Positions 19,858-29,930 of a stretch of DNA of 64,000 nt are shown here, piece after piece (the stretch's first letter is position 1; each line of letters begins with the position of its first letter). Made by a program: the position numbers and the translations under genes. Source of the stretch: Myxococcota bacterium (GTDB taxonomy: Bacteria > Myxococcota_A > Bradymonadia > UBA7976 > UBA1532); contig JAYZEG010000058.1 in the NCBI GenBank assembly GCA_036337435.1, positions 32,001-96,000 of the forward strand. The letters run 5' to 3'. The notes below the pieces were generated by a model. That model searched no databases. It was given only the letters and a program-made list of their open reading frames with translations, and had not been told where the DNA came from.

Positions 19858-20462
19858 ATCAATACCTACTTGTCCTTGTGGTCCTCACCACCGCCGATGT
19901 AACCGCTGCGCTGGCAAAAGGATCAAGTCATGCACAATCATCTGTTGGTGTGTATGCCGACACTGATCCAGATGCTGACGTGAAACGAAACGTCGAGACA
20001 CTGATGGGCATTTACCTGGTTCATGCACCAAGACGGCACCGATGGGAGAAGGTCGACAAGTCTCGAAACCGGATCACCTTATCCGTTTGGCATCCTGTTG
20101 GTGACACCAGCAATACCGAGCTGATCACACGAGCCGTCAAATGGATCTTCTTTGGACGCACACAGTATGCAAAGGGCGCTCGAGGTGTCTTCAGTGAATT
20201 GCCAGATGTTGACTCCATAACCTTGACCTTCAATGATATCGTACGAAAGAACACCCGAAGACGTCTAAACCATCGGTCAAAAGATCGAATTAAGGCGTAT
20301 CTGTCCATTACACTCAGTCGGGCTTTGTTCGAATCACTCGATGTACACCCCATAAAAGAATGCGTTGAACGAATGGATTGTCGACAGGTGCTGAAGCGCT
20401 ATTTTAAGAACCACCGCATCAATCGGCGGTACATTGAGCGGACAAGGCGAGCGCGGCAGTGA
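19854..20462 (+). CDS. Hypothetical exported basic protein
   Basis: Signal-peptide-like start; overlaps both gpsA and prmC by 4 nt. Confidence 0.7.
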   Translation: MNQYLLVLVVLTTADVTAALAKGSSHAQSSVGVYADTDPDADVKRNVETLMGIYLVHAPRRHRWEKVDKSRNRITLSVWHPVGDTSNTELITRAVKWIFFGRTQYAKGARGVFSELPDVDSITLTFNDIVRKNTRRRLNHRSKDRIKAYLSITLSRALFESLDVHPIKECVERMDCRQVLKRYFKNHRINRRYIERTRRARQ

Positions 20463-21319
20463 TGAATAACGATGTCTGGACCCTCGGCCGGGTCATGAAG
20501 TGGACCACCGGCTTTTTTGAACGAAAGGGCAGTGCAAGCGCGCGGCTTGATGCAGAACTACTGATTGCTCATGCGCTCAATATGAGTCGTATGCAACTGT
20601 ACACGGAGCACCACAAGCCGCTTTCTGGTGACGAACTCTCTGCGACTCGCGCCTTGGTTGCTCGACGTGGAGACGGTGAGCCCGTCGCTTACATTATCGG
20701 ACGAAAGGCATTTTGGACGATTGAACTTACCGTGGACAAGAGGGTGCTCATACCGCGGCCGGAAACGGAACATTTGGTTGAACATGGCCTAGAACGAATG
20801 CGTGGTCTTGCGAATCCAAAAGTCTTAGATCTCTGCTGTGGAAGCGGATGTATCGCTTTGGCAGTCGCAGCGACGCGACGCGATGCGCAAGTTTTGGCCA
20901 CAGATTTGAGCGATGACGCGTTGGCCTTGGCACAAACAAATCGAGATGAACTCGGGCTCAACAATGTCACGATCCAAAAAAGTGACGCTTTTACTGCCAT
21001 TGACGGCACTTTTGACGTGATTCTGAGTAATCCTCCCTATATTTCGCATCCACAGCTTGAGACGCTGATGCCGTCTGTCAAACACTATGAGCCGATGATG
21101 GCATTAGACGGCGGAACCGATGGCTTGACTTTTTATCGTTTGATCTCAACAAAAGCACGCCAGAATCTAAACGAAGGCGGAATGATATTAGTCGAAATTG
21201 GCTTTGACCAAGGCCATTCAGTGAGCGAGCTTTTCAAGGCAGAAGGCTACCGAGACATACGCATCTATAAAGACTACGCCGGTCATGATCGCGTCATCGA
21301 GGCAAAGTGTCCACAGTAG
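20459..21319 (+). CDS. prmC: Release factor glutamine methyltransferase PrmC/HemK
   Basis: ARLDAELL, GEPVAYI, VLIPRPETE, DLCCGSG, SNPPY, ALDGGTDGL. Confidence 0.96.
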   Translation: MMNNDVWTLGRVMKWTTGFFERKGSASARLDAELLIAHALNMSRMQLYTEHHKPLSGDELSATRALVARRGDGEPVAYIIGRKAFWTIELTVDKRVLIPRPETEHLVEHGLERMRGLANPKVLDLCCGSGCIALAVAATRRDAQVLATDLSDDALALAQTNRDELGLNNVTIQKSDAFTAIDGTFDVILSNPPYISHPQLETLMPSVKHYEPMMALDGGTDGLTFYRLISTKARQNLNEGGMILVEIGFDQGHSVSELFKAEGYRDIRIYKDYAGHDRVIEAKCPQ

Positions 21320-21324
21320 ACACG

Positions 21325-21675
21325 TCAAAATGCAACGGCAGCCGTCGCGCTGACAATGGCCGACAGTGCCGCTAGCCCCGCAAGGCCATCGATTTCAATA
21401 TCTCCATCGGTGGCACCAGTAGCCATCTTGAGAAGGATCATATTGACCCCGATGGGAACCAAAACACCGAGAAGACCAAACGTGAGAATCCGAGGTAAAA
21501 ATAAGATCATGCCCATGATGGTCTCCAAGAACCAGCCGCAGATGACATTCATCACACCGAAAACCGCAGCACCAAAAACCGCCGCAAATGGAGATTTAAT
21601 TTTGACGTTGGGCAGGGCAGCCGCGGCAACCAACAAGACAGCCGAGAGAACAGCCCATTTGTACAAAAGCTCCAT
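21325..21675 (-). CDS. 4-TM phage holin superfamily IV (YvlD-like) membrane protein
   Basis: 116 aa, four hydrophobic segments, LPRILTFGL..VN motif. Confidence 0.75.
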   Translation of the reverse strand: MELLYKWAVLSAVLLVAAAALPNVKIKSPFAAVFGAAVFGVMNVICGWFLETIMGMILFLPRILTFGLLGVLVPIGVNMILLKMATGATDGDIEIDGLAGLAALSAIVSATAAVAF

Positions 21676-21680
21676 CTTGC

Positions 21681-22415
21681 CTACCCCAAATTCATCGAGC
21701 GATGGGTATCCACCGCTAAACCCGCTCCACCTCGACCTGCCAAGACCAGCACTCGGGATGCTTTACCTCGGTCATCCTCCAAGAATCTCATCTTTTTTGC
21801 CAGCAAACCGTGACTCGGCAATGCTCGCAGTAGTGTCTCTAACCGCGAACTGTCATAAATCAAGACCAGGTGTCCATCCTCTCTCATTGCCCTCCGCGCA
21901 GCCCCAATAAAGTCCTGCAAGGTTCCATTCAATTCATGAGTGGCACTCAACTGATCCTCATGAGAGCTTTGTCGACCCCATCCCATGGGATAGAAAGGCG
22001 GATTTGCGACCACAAGGTCGAACGCAGCGGGGATTGGCAAGGCCCGAATGTCAGCACGTATAACCAGAGCCTTGTCCATTCGGTTGAGTCGGAGATTACG
22101 CTGTGCCTGACCGACGCGGACCTCGTCTAATTCAATGCCAACAACCCCCTTTAATCGAGGCTCAATCACCGAGAGGGCGACCATAATTGGCGCGACCCCA
22201 CATCCGAGATCCAGCACCCGATCAGACCGTCGCAACGGTACAAAATGTGCAAGATCAAATGCCCAAGGGCAGGGTTCAAAACCACGTTTCGACTGAATAA
22301 GCCAACGGGAGCCAAAGGCACGAATACGTTCGCCTTGCATAACATCAATCCCCAATTGATGCGCATACTCACGACCCGCATTCACGAGTCTTGGCTGCGG
22401 GGATCGAGGAGGCAA
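21681..22415 (-). CDS. SAM methyltransferase, tRNA1(Val) m6A37 (TrmN6/YfiC)-like
   Basis: VLDLGCG, GIELD, FDLVVANPPFY, ATHE, RVLV. Confidence 0.8.
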   Translation of the reverse strand: MPPRSPQPRLVNAGREYAHQLGIDVMQGERIRAFGSRWLIQSKRGFEPCPWAFDLAHFVPLRRSDRVLDLGCGVAPIMVALSVIEPRLKGVVGIELDEVRVGQAQRNLRLNRMDKALVIRADIRALPIPAAFDLVVANPPFYPMGWGRQSSHEDQLSATHELNGTLQDFIGAARRAMREDGHLVLIYDSSRLETLLRALPSHGLLAKKMRFLEDDRGKASRVLVLAGRGGAGLAVDTHRSMNLG

Positions 22416-23245
22416 TTATCGATGAGTCGAGTTTCACCAAAATAAACGGCTATGGCGATTAAGGTCAATCGGTCACAAACACCCTCAATGGGTGCCAGTG
22501 AATCTGCGTCACAAATCTCCACATAATCAATTCGTGCAAGGGTGGAATTTGAAACGGTCTCGTGCACGATAGCGCGTAAGTCCACTGCATTTCTAACCCC
22601 ATCACGCCAAGCGACCAGAGCCTTTTTTAAACCCATTGACAAAACCAGAGCTTGCCTTCGCTCTGACGGATTTAAATAAGAATTACGGCTGCTCATTGCG
22701 AGACCATCGGATTCACGCACAATCGGATGACCGATAATCTGAACTGGTAAATTCAAATCGCGTACCATTCGGCGGATGGCAGCGAGCTGCTGGTAATCTT
22801 TTTCTCCAAAAACAGCGACATCGCAATCGACGATATTGAAGAGTTTGAGGACGACGGTGGTCACACCATCGAAATGTCCTGGGCGACTTGCTCCGCACAA
22901 ACGCTCCGTCAACGTCGATACAGACACACATGTCACAGAGCCATCAGGGTATATGGTCTGTACATCAGGTAAAAAAACAGCATTGCAGCCAACAGAGCGA
23001 GCCTTCTCGAGGTCACCGGCCACGTCTCTTGGATATGAATCATAATCTTCATCGGGTCCAAACTGAGTTGGATTAACGAAGATGCTGGCGATAACCATAT
23101 CGGCGTGTTTCTGAGCCTGACTCATGAGAGCAAGATGACCGCTATGAAGGAACCCCATGGTTGGCACAAAAGCGATGGTTAGGCCTTGGTCACGCACGGA
23201 TTGAGTGAAGACACGGACGTCTTGTATGGAGTAGAGCAGGTGCAT
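22382..23245 (-). CDS. panC: Pantoate--beta-alanine ligase
   Basis: VPTMGFLHSGH, SIFVNPTQF, RPGHFDGV, FGEKDYQQ, GLAMSSRN, RLIDN. Confidence 0.98.
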   Translation of the reverse strand: MHLLYSIQDVRVFTQSVRDQGLTIAFVPTMGFLHSGHLALMSQAQKHADMVIASIFVNPTQFGPDEDYDSYPRDVAGDLEKARSVGCNAVFLPDVQTIYPDGSVTCVSVSTLTERLCGASRPGHFDGVTTVVLKLFNIVDCDVAVFGEKDYQQLAAIRRMVRDLNLPVQIIGHPIVRESDGLAMSSRNSYLNPSERRQALVLSMGLKKALVAWRDGVRNAVDLRAIVHETVSNSTLARIDYVEICDADSLAPIEGVCDRLTLIAIAVYFGETRLIDNCLLDPRSQDS

Positions 23246-23277
23246 GTAAGACGAGGAGCCTTCAGCTGAAATCAGGC

Positions 23278-24078
23278 TTAATGGTGACTGTGAGCCAATG
23301 CTGGGAAAGCACCATCTCTCACTTCATGTCGATACGCTGCGAGTGCGTCGACAACTTCTTTACTCAGATTCGAATACTTCTTCAGAAATTTGGGATTAAA
23401 ACGCTCGTCTAAACCAAGCAAATCATACAAAACCAGAATTTGCCCGTCACACGTGGCACCCGCTCCGATACCCACCGTCGGAATCGAGAGTGCCTTTGTG
23501 ACTTGAGCCGCGAGCGTGGCGGGTACGCCTTCCAACACCAAGGAATAACATCCGGCATCTTGGAGTGCTTTTGCGTCTTTTAGGATGCGGTCTGCTGCAT
23601 CATCGCTACGGCCTTGAATCCGATAACCACCAAATTGATGGACGGACTGCGGGGTCAAACCTAAATGACCCATGACGGGTACGCCGGCGGTCGTCAATCT
23701 GTGGATCAACTCTGCTCGTTCTCGTCCACCCTCGATCTTGATCGCTTGAACACCGCCTTCCTTCATGAGGCGCGTTGAGTTTTCAAGCGCCTGGTCAAGC
23801 GAGGCTTGATAGGTCCCAAATGGCATGTCGCCGACCAAATGAGGTCGCCGGCATCCGCGAGCAACTGCCCGACAGTGGTAAATGATTTCATCTAAGGTCA
23901 CCGGCAAAGTATGTTCATGACCTTGTATCACCATGCCTAACGAATCGCCGATCAAGATGGCATCAATGTCCGCTTGCTCGACCAATCGAGCGAAGGTGGC
24001 ATCGTAACAGGTCACCATGACCAGTTTGCGCTCCTCAAGCTTTGCATTGCGAAAATAGCGTGTGGTTAGTCTACTCAT
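23278..24078 (-). CDS. panB: 3-methyl-2-oxobutanoate hydroxymethyltransferase
   Basis: TCYD, LIGDSLGM, GDMPF, IKIEGG, GHLGLTPQS, GIGAG..CDGQILV. Start ATG 24078 after GAGGGAG. Confidence 0.98.
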   Translation of the reverse strand: MSRLTTRYFRNAKLEERKLVMVTCYDATFARLVEQADIDAILIGDSLGMVIQGHEHTLPVTLDEIIYHCRAVARGCRRPHLVGDMPFGTYQASLDQALENSTRLMKEGGVQAIKIEGGRERAELIHRLTTAGVPVMGHLGLTPQSVHQFGGYRIQGRSDDAADRILKDAKALQDAGCYSLVLEGVPATLAAQVTKALSIPTVGIGAGATCDGQILVLYDLLGLDERFNPKFLKKYSNLSKEVVDALAAYRHEVRDGAFPALAHSHH

Positions 24079-24288
24079 CGTCTCCCTCTCGTCCCGGGCT
24101 CTCATGCTCCAGGCAATCAGGTGTTTTTGATTGGGCTCCGCAACACCGAATGAGCCTCCCGATTATGGGTAGGCGCTCCGTCTGTTGCACTCAAACGAGT
24201 GTGAAGCCTTCGTTCTAGCCTATTGTACTCGAAAATACAGTCCGTCGCCAAAACTCGATAAATTCTCCAATGGGCGTATACTGCAAGG

Positions 24289-24693
24289 GTGAGAGTGAAG
24301 GCAATCCTATTGTTGTGTGGCTTGTTATTAAGCTGCGGAGGTCAACCTTCGGCGGGTGTCAAACATTGGGATCCACCCGAAGCCGGGACGGGTCTATTTT
24401 ATCTGCGCTACAATCTTCCAAATGCACTTTTGGATCGTCTTGAACTTGGCTTCGAAATTAAGGCTGGAGCTGGTTGGGAGCGGGTGTCTATTGCGTTCGT
24501 CAACGAATCTGAGGGTGCCCTCCTAAAACTCCAACAACAAGTCGAACGTGCACCGAACCAAACACTACCGGTGCTCGGAGAGCTCTCATCAGACTTGGTC
24601 GGCTGGGCGGGTAATCATCATTGTCGACGACTCAAGATCCTGGAGAGTGATTCGGCAAAGTTAGAGAAGCGGATCAGCGAAAATCCACCATGA
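24289..24693 (+). CDS. Hypothetical lipoprotein
   Basis: MRVKAILLLCGLLLSC lipobox; 134 aa. Confidence 0.65.
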   Translation: MRVKAILLLCGLLLSCGGQPSAGVKHWDPPEAGTGLFYLRYNLPNALLDRLELGFEIKAGAGWERVSIAFVNESEGALLKLQQQVERAPNQTLPVLGELSSDLVGWAGNHHCRRLKILESDSAKLEKRISENPP

Positions 24694-24716
24694 CCGAGGT
24701 TGAACTCAAAAGGGCA

Positions 24717-27479
24717 TCATGGCCCGAGGCTATTGAGACAACGTGTCAACAGCCGAGTCGACTGAAAGGCACACTGATTATTGACGCACCCACATTGACC
24801 GTACTGAACAAAGCAGCTCGCTCGAGGCGACAAGGGCAGCCCCCGGTCTTCTTGGACTCGACCCCGCGTACAAAATTGCCCCATTAAGCCAGACTGATTG
24901 CACTGTTCATCAACGGCACAACGCATGGGCGGAATGTCTTCAAAGCACTCACCGGGCTGCTGGATGGCATCTTCGTCAGCACCGAGGCAGTCCGCGTCAC
25001 ATGGATTCGAATACAACATCTGGCCGGGGACACAAACCGGCTGCCAAATGGCATCACAACGCTGACAGGCTGCATCACAAATGCTTTCGAATTGAGCACC
25101 CATAGGATTTTCTGCTTCATCAACCGAACCGTCGCAATCATTATCACTCTGATCGCAGGATTCATCGGCTGGCAATCGACCTCCAATGCATTCACCCCAA
25201 GAGCCTTCTTCACAGACTTGATGACCAAAACGACATTCACCAACATTCGAACCGCAGCGCCGAACGAGCGCCCGAATCGGCCGATTATCCTGACATGCAT
25301 CTTCATCGCCAACAACACAACCGATAGCGACCGGCATGTGTCCCTCGTCCACAGACCCATCGCAATCATTGTCGATTCCGTCACACCTCTCGCGTGCGAC
25401 CGGTACATTTTCGTCTACTCGCCCGTCACAATCGTTGTCGATTTGATCGCACACCTCTTGTTGCTGAGCGAGATTCTCATCCGTTTGCCCATCACAGTCG
25501 TTGTCGATTTGGTCGCAGACTTCCCGTTGGGGACTGACACCACCACGACAATCGGACCACTGGCCTAAGGAACATAGTCGTTGACCGAATTGACATGCGC
25601 CAACATCGGAACCACATCTCTGCCTGATGTCGTTGTCAACCAATCCATCACAGTCGTTATCGAGCCCATCGCAAACCTCTGCGGCCTGCAAACGAACACA
25701 TTCACCCCAAGATCCCGCGTCGCAGAGTTGAAACCGGCCACAAATATCTCTGTCTTGGTCGCATAAGCGGGTGAGGTCTTCATCAACTTCGCCATCACAA
25801 TCGTTGTCGATGTTGTCGCAAACCTCGACACTCGAGTCCGCAGCGGAGCTAGACAGCGGCACACCACGACAAAGAGCTTCACAAGCATTTCGGAATGACT
25901 GTCCATTGATACAAACCGGATCTTCTGGCAGATGTTCGCACTCACACGCTTGACATACGGGGCGACCCGATAAGTCAGGCAGGCACCGACTCTGACCAAG
26001 ACATCCATCGTCTTCAGCACATTCGTTTAAGCATAATCCGCCTCGGACAAGGCTCAAACCATCGAGAAACTCAACATGGGCACAAACACCTCGGGGACAT
26101 GTTTCGTCCCTACCCACATCACATCGTGGCAGACAAAGACCGTCATCAGCACTGAGAGGATAGCAGCCCAGGGATCGCTGTTCTTGAGACCGGTCCCCAA
26201 AACGACTCACCGCATCAAAGGAACAGGTTGGATTTGCGGGTGTACATTGGCTTGGTCGGCGGCAACTTAAGACACATTGGCTTGAATTTTCAGGATCGGA
26301 ACAAGCATCGCGATTACCAGGTACCCGTTGGTCTGGAACTGGAAGGCAGCTCTGGCCGAAAGCACATTGCTCATCGCTGCTACATCCGAGGATGCAGGGT
26401 CCGTCATAACGTACGATTTCACCATTACATTCCGCGAGGCATCGACTTTCGTATTCCCGACCCTGGTCCGTGCAGACACGGTCGCCTGGACGCGCCAGTT
26501 CGCATTCTTCACAACCACGTTCTTGGCAGCGTCCGCCGATGCAAGCCAAAGTGTCAGGACATGGATTAGATGCATCACAACCCATGCATGGACCAGGCAT
26601 AATCTCGAGGGCTCCTCGACATTGCGCATGACAGCGATTCCGGTACGTTGTTGGCTGGTCGGCACCCATGCCACAGACGAGTTCTTCCTGGTCTGGACAC
26701 TCAGCCACACAGGCGTCACGCGGATCCAAACACCGAAATCGACCGAGCAGACAGCCTCCATCCACACAAATTTCTGTTGCCTCACAAGAAGCAGCACACT
26801 CATCTTCCGTACATTGATTATCAACACAGGACTGCCCTGGCTCGCATTGTTCTCGGCCACAAGAAAACCGGCACACACGCTCATCGGAACACCCGGTCAA
26901 TGCACATGAATCTCCGGCGCAGCGACAATTTTCACAGCCTTCAGATCCAACCTCAAACCCATCAGCACAATACCGGTCGCATACTGGAGCATCACCACAT
27001 TCGGGCGGCTGACACCCATTGCAAACCATCTCGATCGTCCCAGTCCAAGACGGCTCTGACACAACCCGCAACAAGACAAAGTATCGTCCACTTGACGGAA
27101 TTGTGAGTTGCACGTTTGTCCTTTGACGACCCGTTTTTGCGACGAGAGATTGACCCCATAAGCCATTCTGACCACGCGGTCCGTAAATGGCCACGGAGAA
27201 AGAGCCTTGAGCAGGGTCGGCTGCAATCCGGAGTTCAACGATTTCATCTTCGATGGCATTAAATACGTAGCCGTCCAATCGGCCTGACTGAAGATCAACC
27301 TGGGTCGGACTTTGCAAATTGAGTTGCCCTTTTGTTGTAAACAACGTGTAGGCGCGGCCATCTTCAGCAACAAAATGGCCCTGTCCACTCGGTACGGCCT
27401 CATTGTTAGGAGACTCCCCCTTGGTGTCCTGGCAACCAAGAGCAAATAACAACCAACAAATGTAAACCACGCGGACCAT
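24717..27479 (-). CDS. Large Cys-rich mosaic lipoprotein (PPC-like, antistasin-like, Kazal-like, DNDCDG repeats, terminal heavy-Cys domain)
   Basis: Lipobox ALGC; beta-sandwich (DGYVF..IPSSGRYFV); CDRYCADGF..GCENCRC; four Kazal-like units; six C-D-x-x-DNDCDG-x-x-D repeats; terminal CAVDEQC..CGCVNNQC. Start probably ATG 27479. Confidence 0.85.
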   Translation of the reverse strand: MVRVVYICWLLFALGCQDTKGESPNNEAVPSGQGHFVAEDGRAYTLFTTKGQLNLQSPTQVDLQSGRLDGYVFNAIEDEIVELRIAADPAQGSFSVAIYGPRGQNGLWGQSLVAKTGRQRTNVQLTIPSSGRYFVLLRVVSEPSWTGTIEMVCNGCQPPECGDAPVCDRYCADGFEVGSEGCENCRCAGDSCALTGCSDERVCRFSCGREQCEPGQSCVDNQCTEDECAASCEATEICVDGGCLLGRFRCLDPRDACVAECPDQEELVCGMGADQPTTYRNRCHAQCRGALEIMPGPCMGCDASNPCPDTLACIGGRCQERGCEECELARPGDRVCTDQGREYESRCLAECNGEIVRYDGPCILGCSSDEQCAFGQSCLPVPDQRVPGNRDACSDPENSSQCVLSCRRPSQCTPANPTCSFDAVSRFGDRSQEQRSLGCYPLSADDGLCLPRCDVGRDETCPRGVCAHVEFLDGLSLVRGGLCLNECAEDDGCLGQSRCLPDLSGRPVCQACECEHLPEDPVCINGQSFRNACEALCRGVPLSSSAADSSVEVCDNIDNDCDGEVDEDLTRLCDQDRDICGRFQLCDAGSWGECVRLQAAEVCDGLDNDCDGLVDNDIRQRCGSDVGACQFGQRLCSLGQWSDCRGGVSPQREVCDQIDNDCDGQTDENLAQQQEVCDQIDNDCDGRVDENVPVARERCDGIDNDCDGSVDEGHMPVAIGCVVGDEDACQDNRPIRALVRRCGSNVGECRFGHQVCEEGSWGECIGGRLPADESCDQSDNDCDGSVDEAENPMGAQFESICDAACQRCDAIWQPVCVPGQMLYSNPCDADCLGADEDAIQQPGECFEDIPPMRCAVDEQCNQSGLMGQFCTRGRVQEDRGLPLSPRASCFVQYGQCGCVNNQCAFQSTRLLTRCLNSLGP

Positions 27480-27635
27480 TAAATGAACTCCAAAGTCACA
27501 GGACAAAGTTTAGCAAAATTTAAGCCAAGTTCGACGTTTTTCGTTTCAGCACACGCTGCACAAAAAACCTGATGAATGAAGGACATAAAGTCACAATTTG
27601 GTGCCAAGCACTGTTGACACTGTCAAGTTTGCTTG

Positions 27636-29786
27636 TCACTTCGCCAACCGAAAAACCACTGACATTTGGCGTCCATCAGTCGTTTGCACACGAACTCGAT
27701 GCGTGCCAGTCGATAGAGGGGCTGACGCGATCGGAGTCTCCCCCATTCCGATTCCGTTTACAGTCAGTTGCCCAGACGGTTTGGAATGAATCGCCGCACT
27801 AAACCTCGAGTTCCTGTTGAATACGCGAATGATCAATCTGACTCCATCGGGACTTTTTGCAGTCAGTAGTCTCCCCGACTGACCCACCTCATACCATCCA
27901 TTTACCGCGCCTTTTCCCATTGCTCGAAAACGGGTACCACCCGCACCGGGTCGTAACCGAGGTTTGCTCTGAATCTGTTGAACCGAGCTCTTGGAGGACA
28001 CCTGCTCTACAGATTTGGGTGCAGTCGTTTTTGAAACAGGTTGGTCATTTTCAATAGATCCGACACTCTTTGACGATTTCGTGACGGGCGATGGTGCAGC
28101 TTTTTGAACGGTGTTTTTACGGACCGGACGGGCACTGAGCTGTCGTTTCTTTTTGAGCCGCTGTTTCGCTGTCGTTTTTTTGTTCTTAGGTTTAGTAGAC
28201 ACGGGTGCCCGGCGTGTTTCACGCCGCGCCAGCTTTAGCGCATTCGGCGTTGCTTTTATGGAAACTGACCTAACCAGATTCGACGCGGATTGAGCGGCTC
28301 TTTGTTGAATGTCCAACTCTTTCTCATCGGTGACTGGATCAGGTGGTGTGGGTCTAGTTGCCTGTTTAGCGAGCCTATTGGCTGACATATCCGAAGGGGG
28401 CGGCGAGACCGCACTGTCCGATTGATGTTGGTTCTGATGATGATTTGCGGGGCGAACACCAGACGCGGATTTAACGGTCGCTTTGGTGCGCTGAATCCCG
28501 GTTTCAAGCGCGTCAGGCAACTGAACAGGCTCACGGTTAGAATAGACAAGCATCAAAGCAGTCAACCCAAGCAGAATGCCCATGAGCAGCATCCTGGACC
28601 GAACATTGCCGGCCGAGTCCGGATCAACATCGAGTAGAGTGGCTGAAAACTGGGATGGCGTGGCATCACTGGGCTCCACCGTGTTGGCCATATTTTCAGA
28701 CATGGTGGTTTCAGAAAAAAGAGGTGGCAGATCGGGACGACTTGCCGCAAAAGTCTCCTCCGTGGCTGAGACAATCTCCAATTTGTCCCGAGCGGGGGGT
28801 AGCACCGGGCTAAGGATGGGATCAGCGGCGACGGCTGTGCCTTCGCCCGTTACGTCGAATTCTGCAAAGCCACTGTCTTCTGTCTCTGGAATAGTCGCTC
28901 GGAGCCATTCCCCTAATTGAGACACGCCCAACTTGAGACCCGATGAGTGTGCGGCTGCTTCGAGAGTTGCTGCAAATTGGCCCATATCAGCGAACCGATC
29001 TCTGCGATCCGTAGACAAACTGCGCTCGATGCAAAGCCTGATCGTTTCTGGTATTTCCGGCTGAATATCTGCTAAAGCAGCTCGCAGACGACCATCGCGA
29101 ATTCGGGCCAGAGTGACCGCTGCACCCTCCGGATCGTAGAAGGCTCTTACGCCCGTCAATAATTCGAACAGGACGATGCCAAGGCTAAACTGGTCTGTGC
29201 GCTCATCAAGTGGTTTAGCCAAAGCCTGTTCGGGGCTCATGTAGCCGAATTTGCCCTTGAGAACACCATCATCATCGATTCCTTGTGCTGCAGCGTGCGC
29301 GAGACCAAAGTCAGCGATCTTTGCGTCCCCTTGGTACGACAATAGAATGTTTTGAGGCGAGACATCTCGATGAATTATATTGAGGGGCTGGCCTCGAGCG
29401 TCCTTGGCTCTATGGGCATAGTGAAGGCCGCGGGCACACTGGATCCCAATTTCGACAATCAGGTTTATAGGTAGGGTCTGAACACGCCGAGCAAGGCGTT
29501 TAAGATCTACACCCTTGACATATTCCATTGCGAGCCAAGCCCGTTCATCAGACCGTCCAAAATCAAAAATCTGAACGATATTCCGGTGAGAAAGAACCGC
29601 TGCTAACCGTGCTTCTCGCTCAAATAAATCAATAAATCTTTGCTCGTCCATGAGACGAGGCAAGATGCATTTAAGTGCCACCGTCTTTTCGAACCCACCA
29701 ACGCGTTCCAGCGCGGCTAAATACACTTCTCCCATACCACCACTGGCAATGTTGCGAATGATTTTATAGGGACCCAGGCGTTCCAT
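27636..29786 (-). CDS. Membrane Ser/Thr protein kinase with basic low-complexity ectodomain and C-terminal PEGA-like domain
   Basis: IASGGMGEVY, HRDVSPQN, ADFG, YMSPEQ, TDQFSLG; TM segment; HSKPSGQLTVNG..GETP..GTHRVRV. Confidence 0.95.
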   Translation of the reverse strand: MERLGPYKIIRNIASGGMGEVYLAALERVGGFEKTVALKCILPRLMDEQRFIDLFEREARLAAVLSHRNIVQIFDFGRSDERAWLAMEYVKGVDLKRLARRVQTLPINLIVEIGIQCARGLHYAHRAKDARGQPLNIIHRDVSPQNILLSYQGDAKIADFGLAHAAAQGIDDDGVLKGKFGYMSPEQALAKPLDERTDQFSLGIVLFELLTGVRAFYDPEGAAVTLARIRDGRLRAALADIQPEIPETIRLCIERSLSTDRRDRFADMGQFAATLEAAAHSSGLKLGVSQLGEWLRATIPETEDSGFAEFDVTGEGTAVAADPILSPVLPPARDKLEIVSATEETFAASRPDLPPLFSETTMSENMANTVEPSDATPSQFSATLLDVDPDSAGNVRSRMLLMGILLGLTALMLVYSNREPVQLPDALETGIQRTKATVKSASGVRPANHHQNQHQSDSAVSPPPSDMSANRLAKQATRPTPPDPVTDEKELDIQQRAAQSASNLVRSVSIKATPNALKLARRETRRAPVSTKPKNKKTTAKQRLKKKRQLSARPVRKNTVQKAAPSPVTKSSKSVGSIENDQPVSKTTAPKSVEQVSSKSSVQQIQSKPRLRPGAGGTRFRAMGKGAVNGWYEVGQSGRLLTAKSPDGVRLIIRVFNRNSRFSAAIHSKPSGQLTVNGIGMGETPIASAPLSTGTHRVRVQTTDGRQMSVVFRLAK

Positions 29787-29930
29787 GGGCGTTCCTTAAG
29801 AGAGACCAATCAGGGACAATCGCTATGCAACCCTCAGGCCAAATCACCAGTAAAAACCCGTACAACTGGCAGAAACTGATTCAATCCGGTATAAGTCGCG
29901 CCCCGAGAGTAGCACAACTAGACGACAGTG

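Noticed and set aside
21325..21675. Prophage suggested by a holin-family gene
   Set aside because: No endolysin, integrase or structural genes; this family is common in chromosomal contexts, here downstream of panBC.
24690..27445. Numerous 60-200 aa alternative-frame ORFs here and throughout the track
   Set aside because: Shadows of longer genes with recognisable motifs; no independent support.
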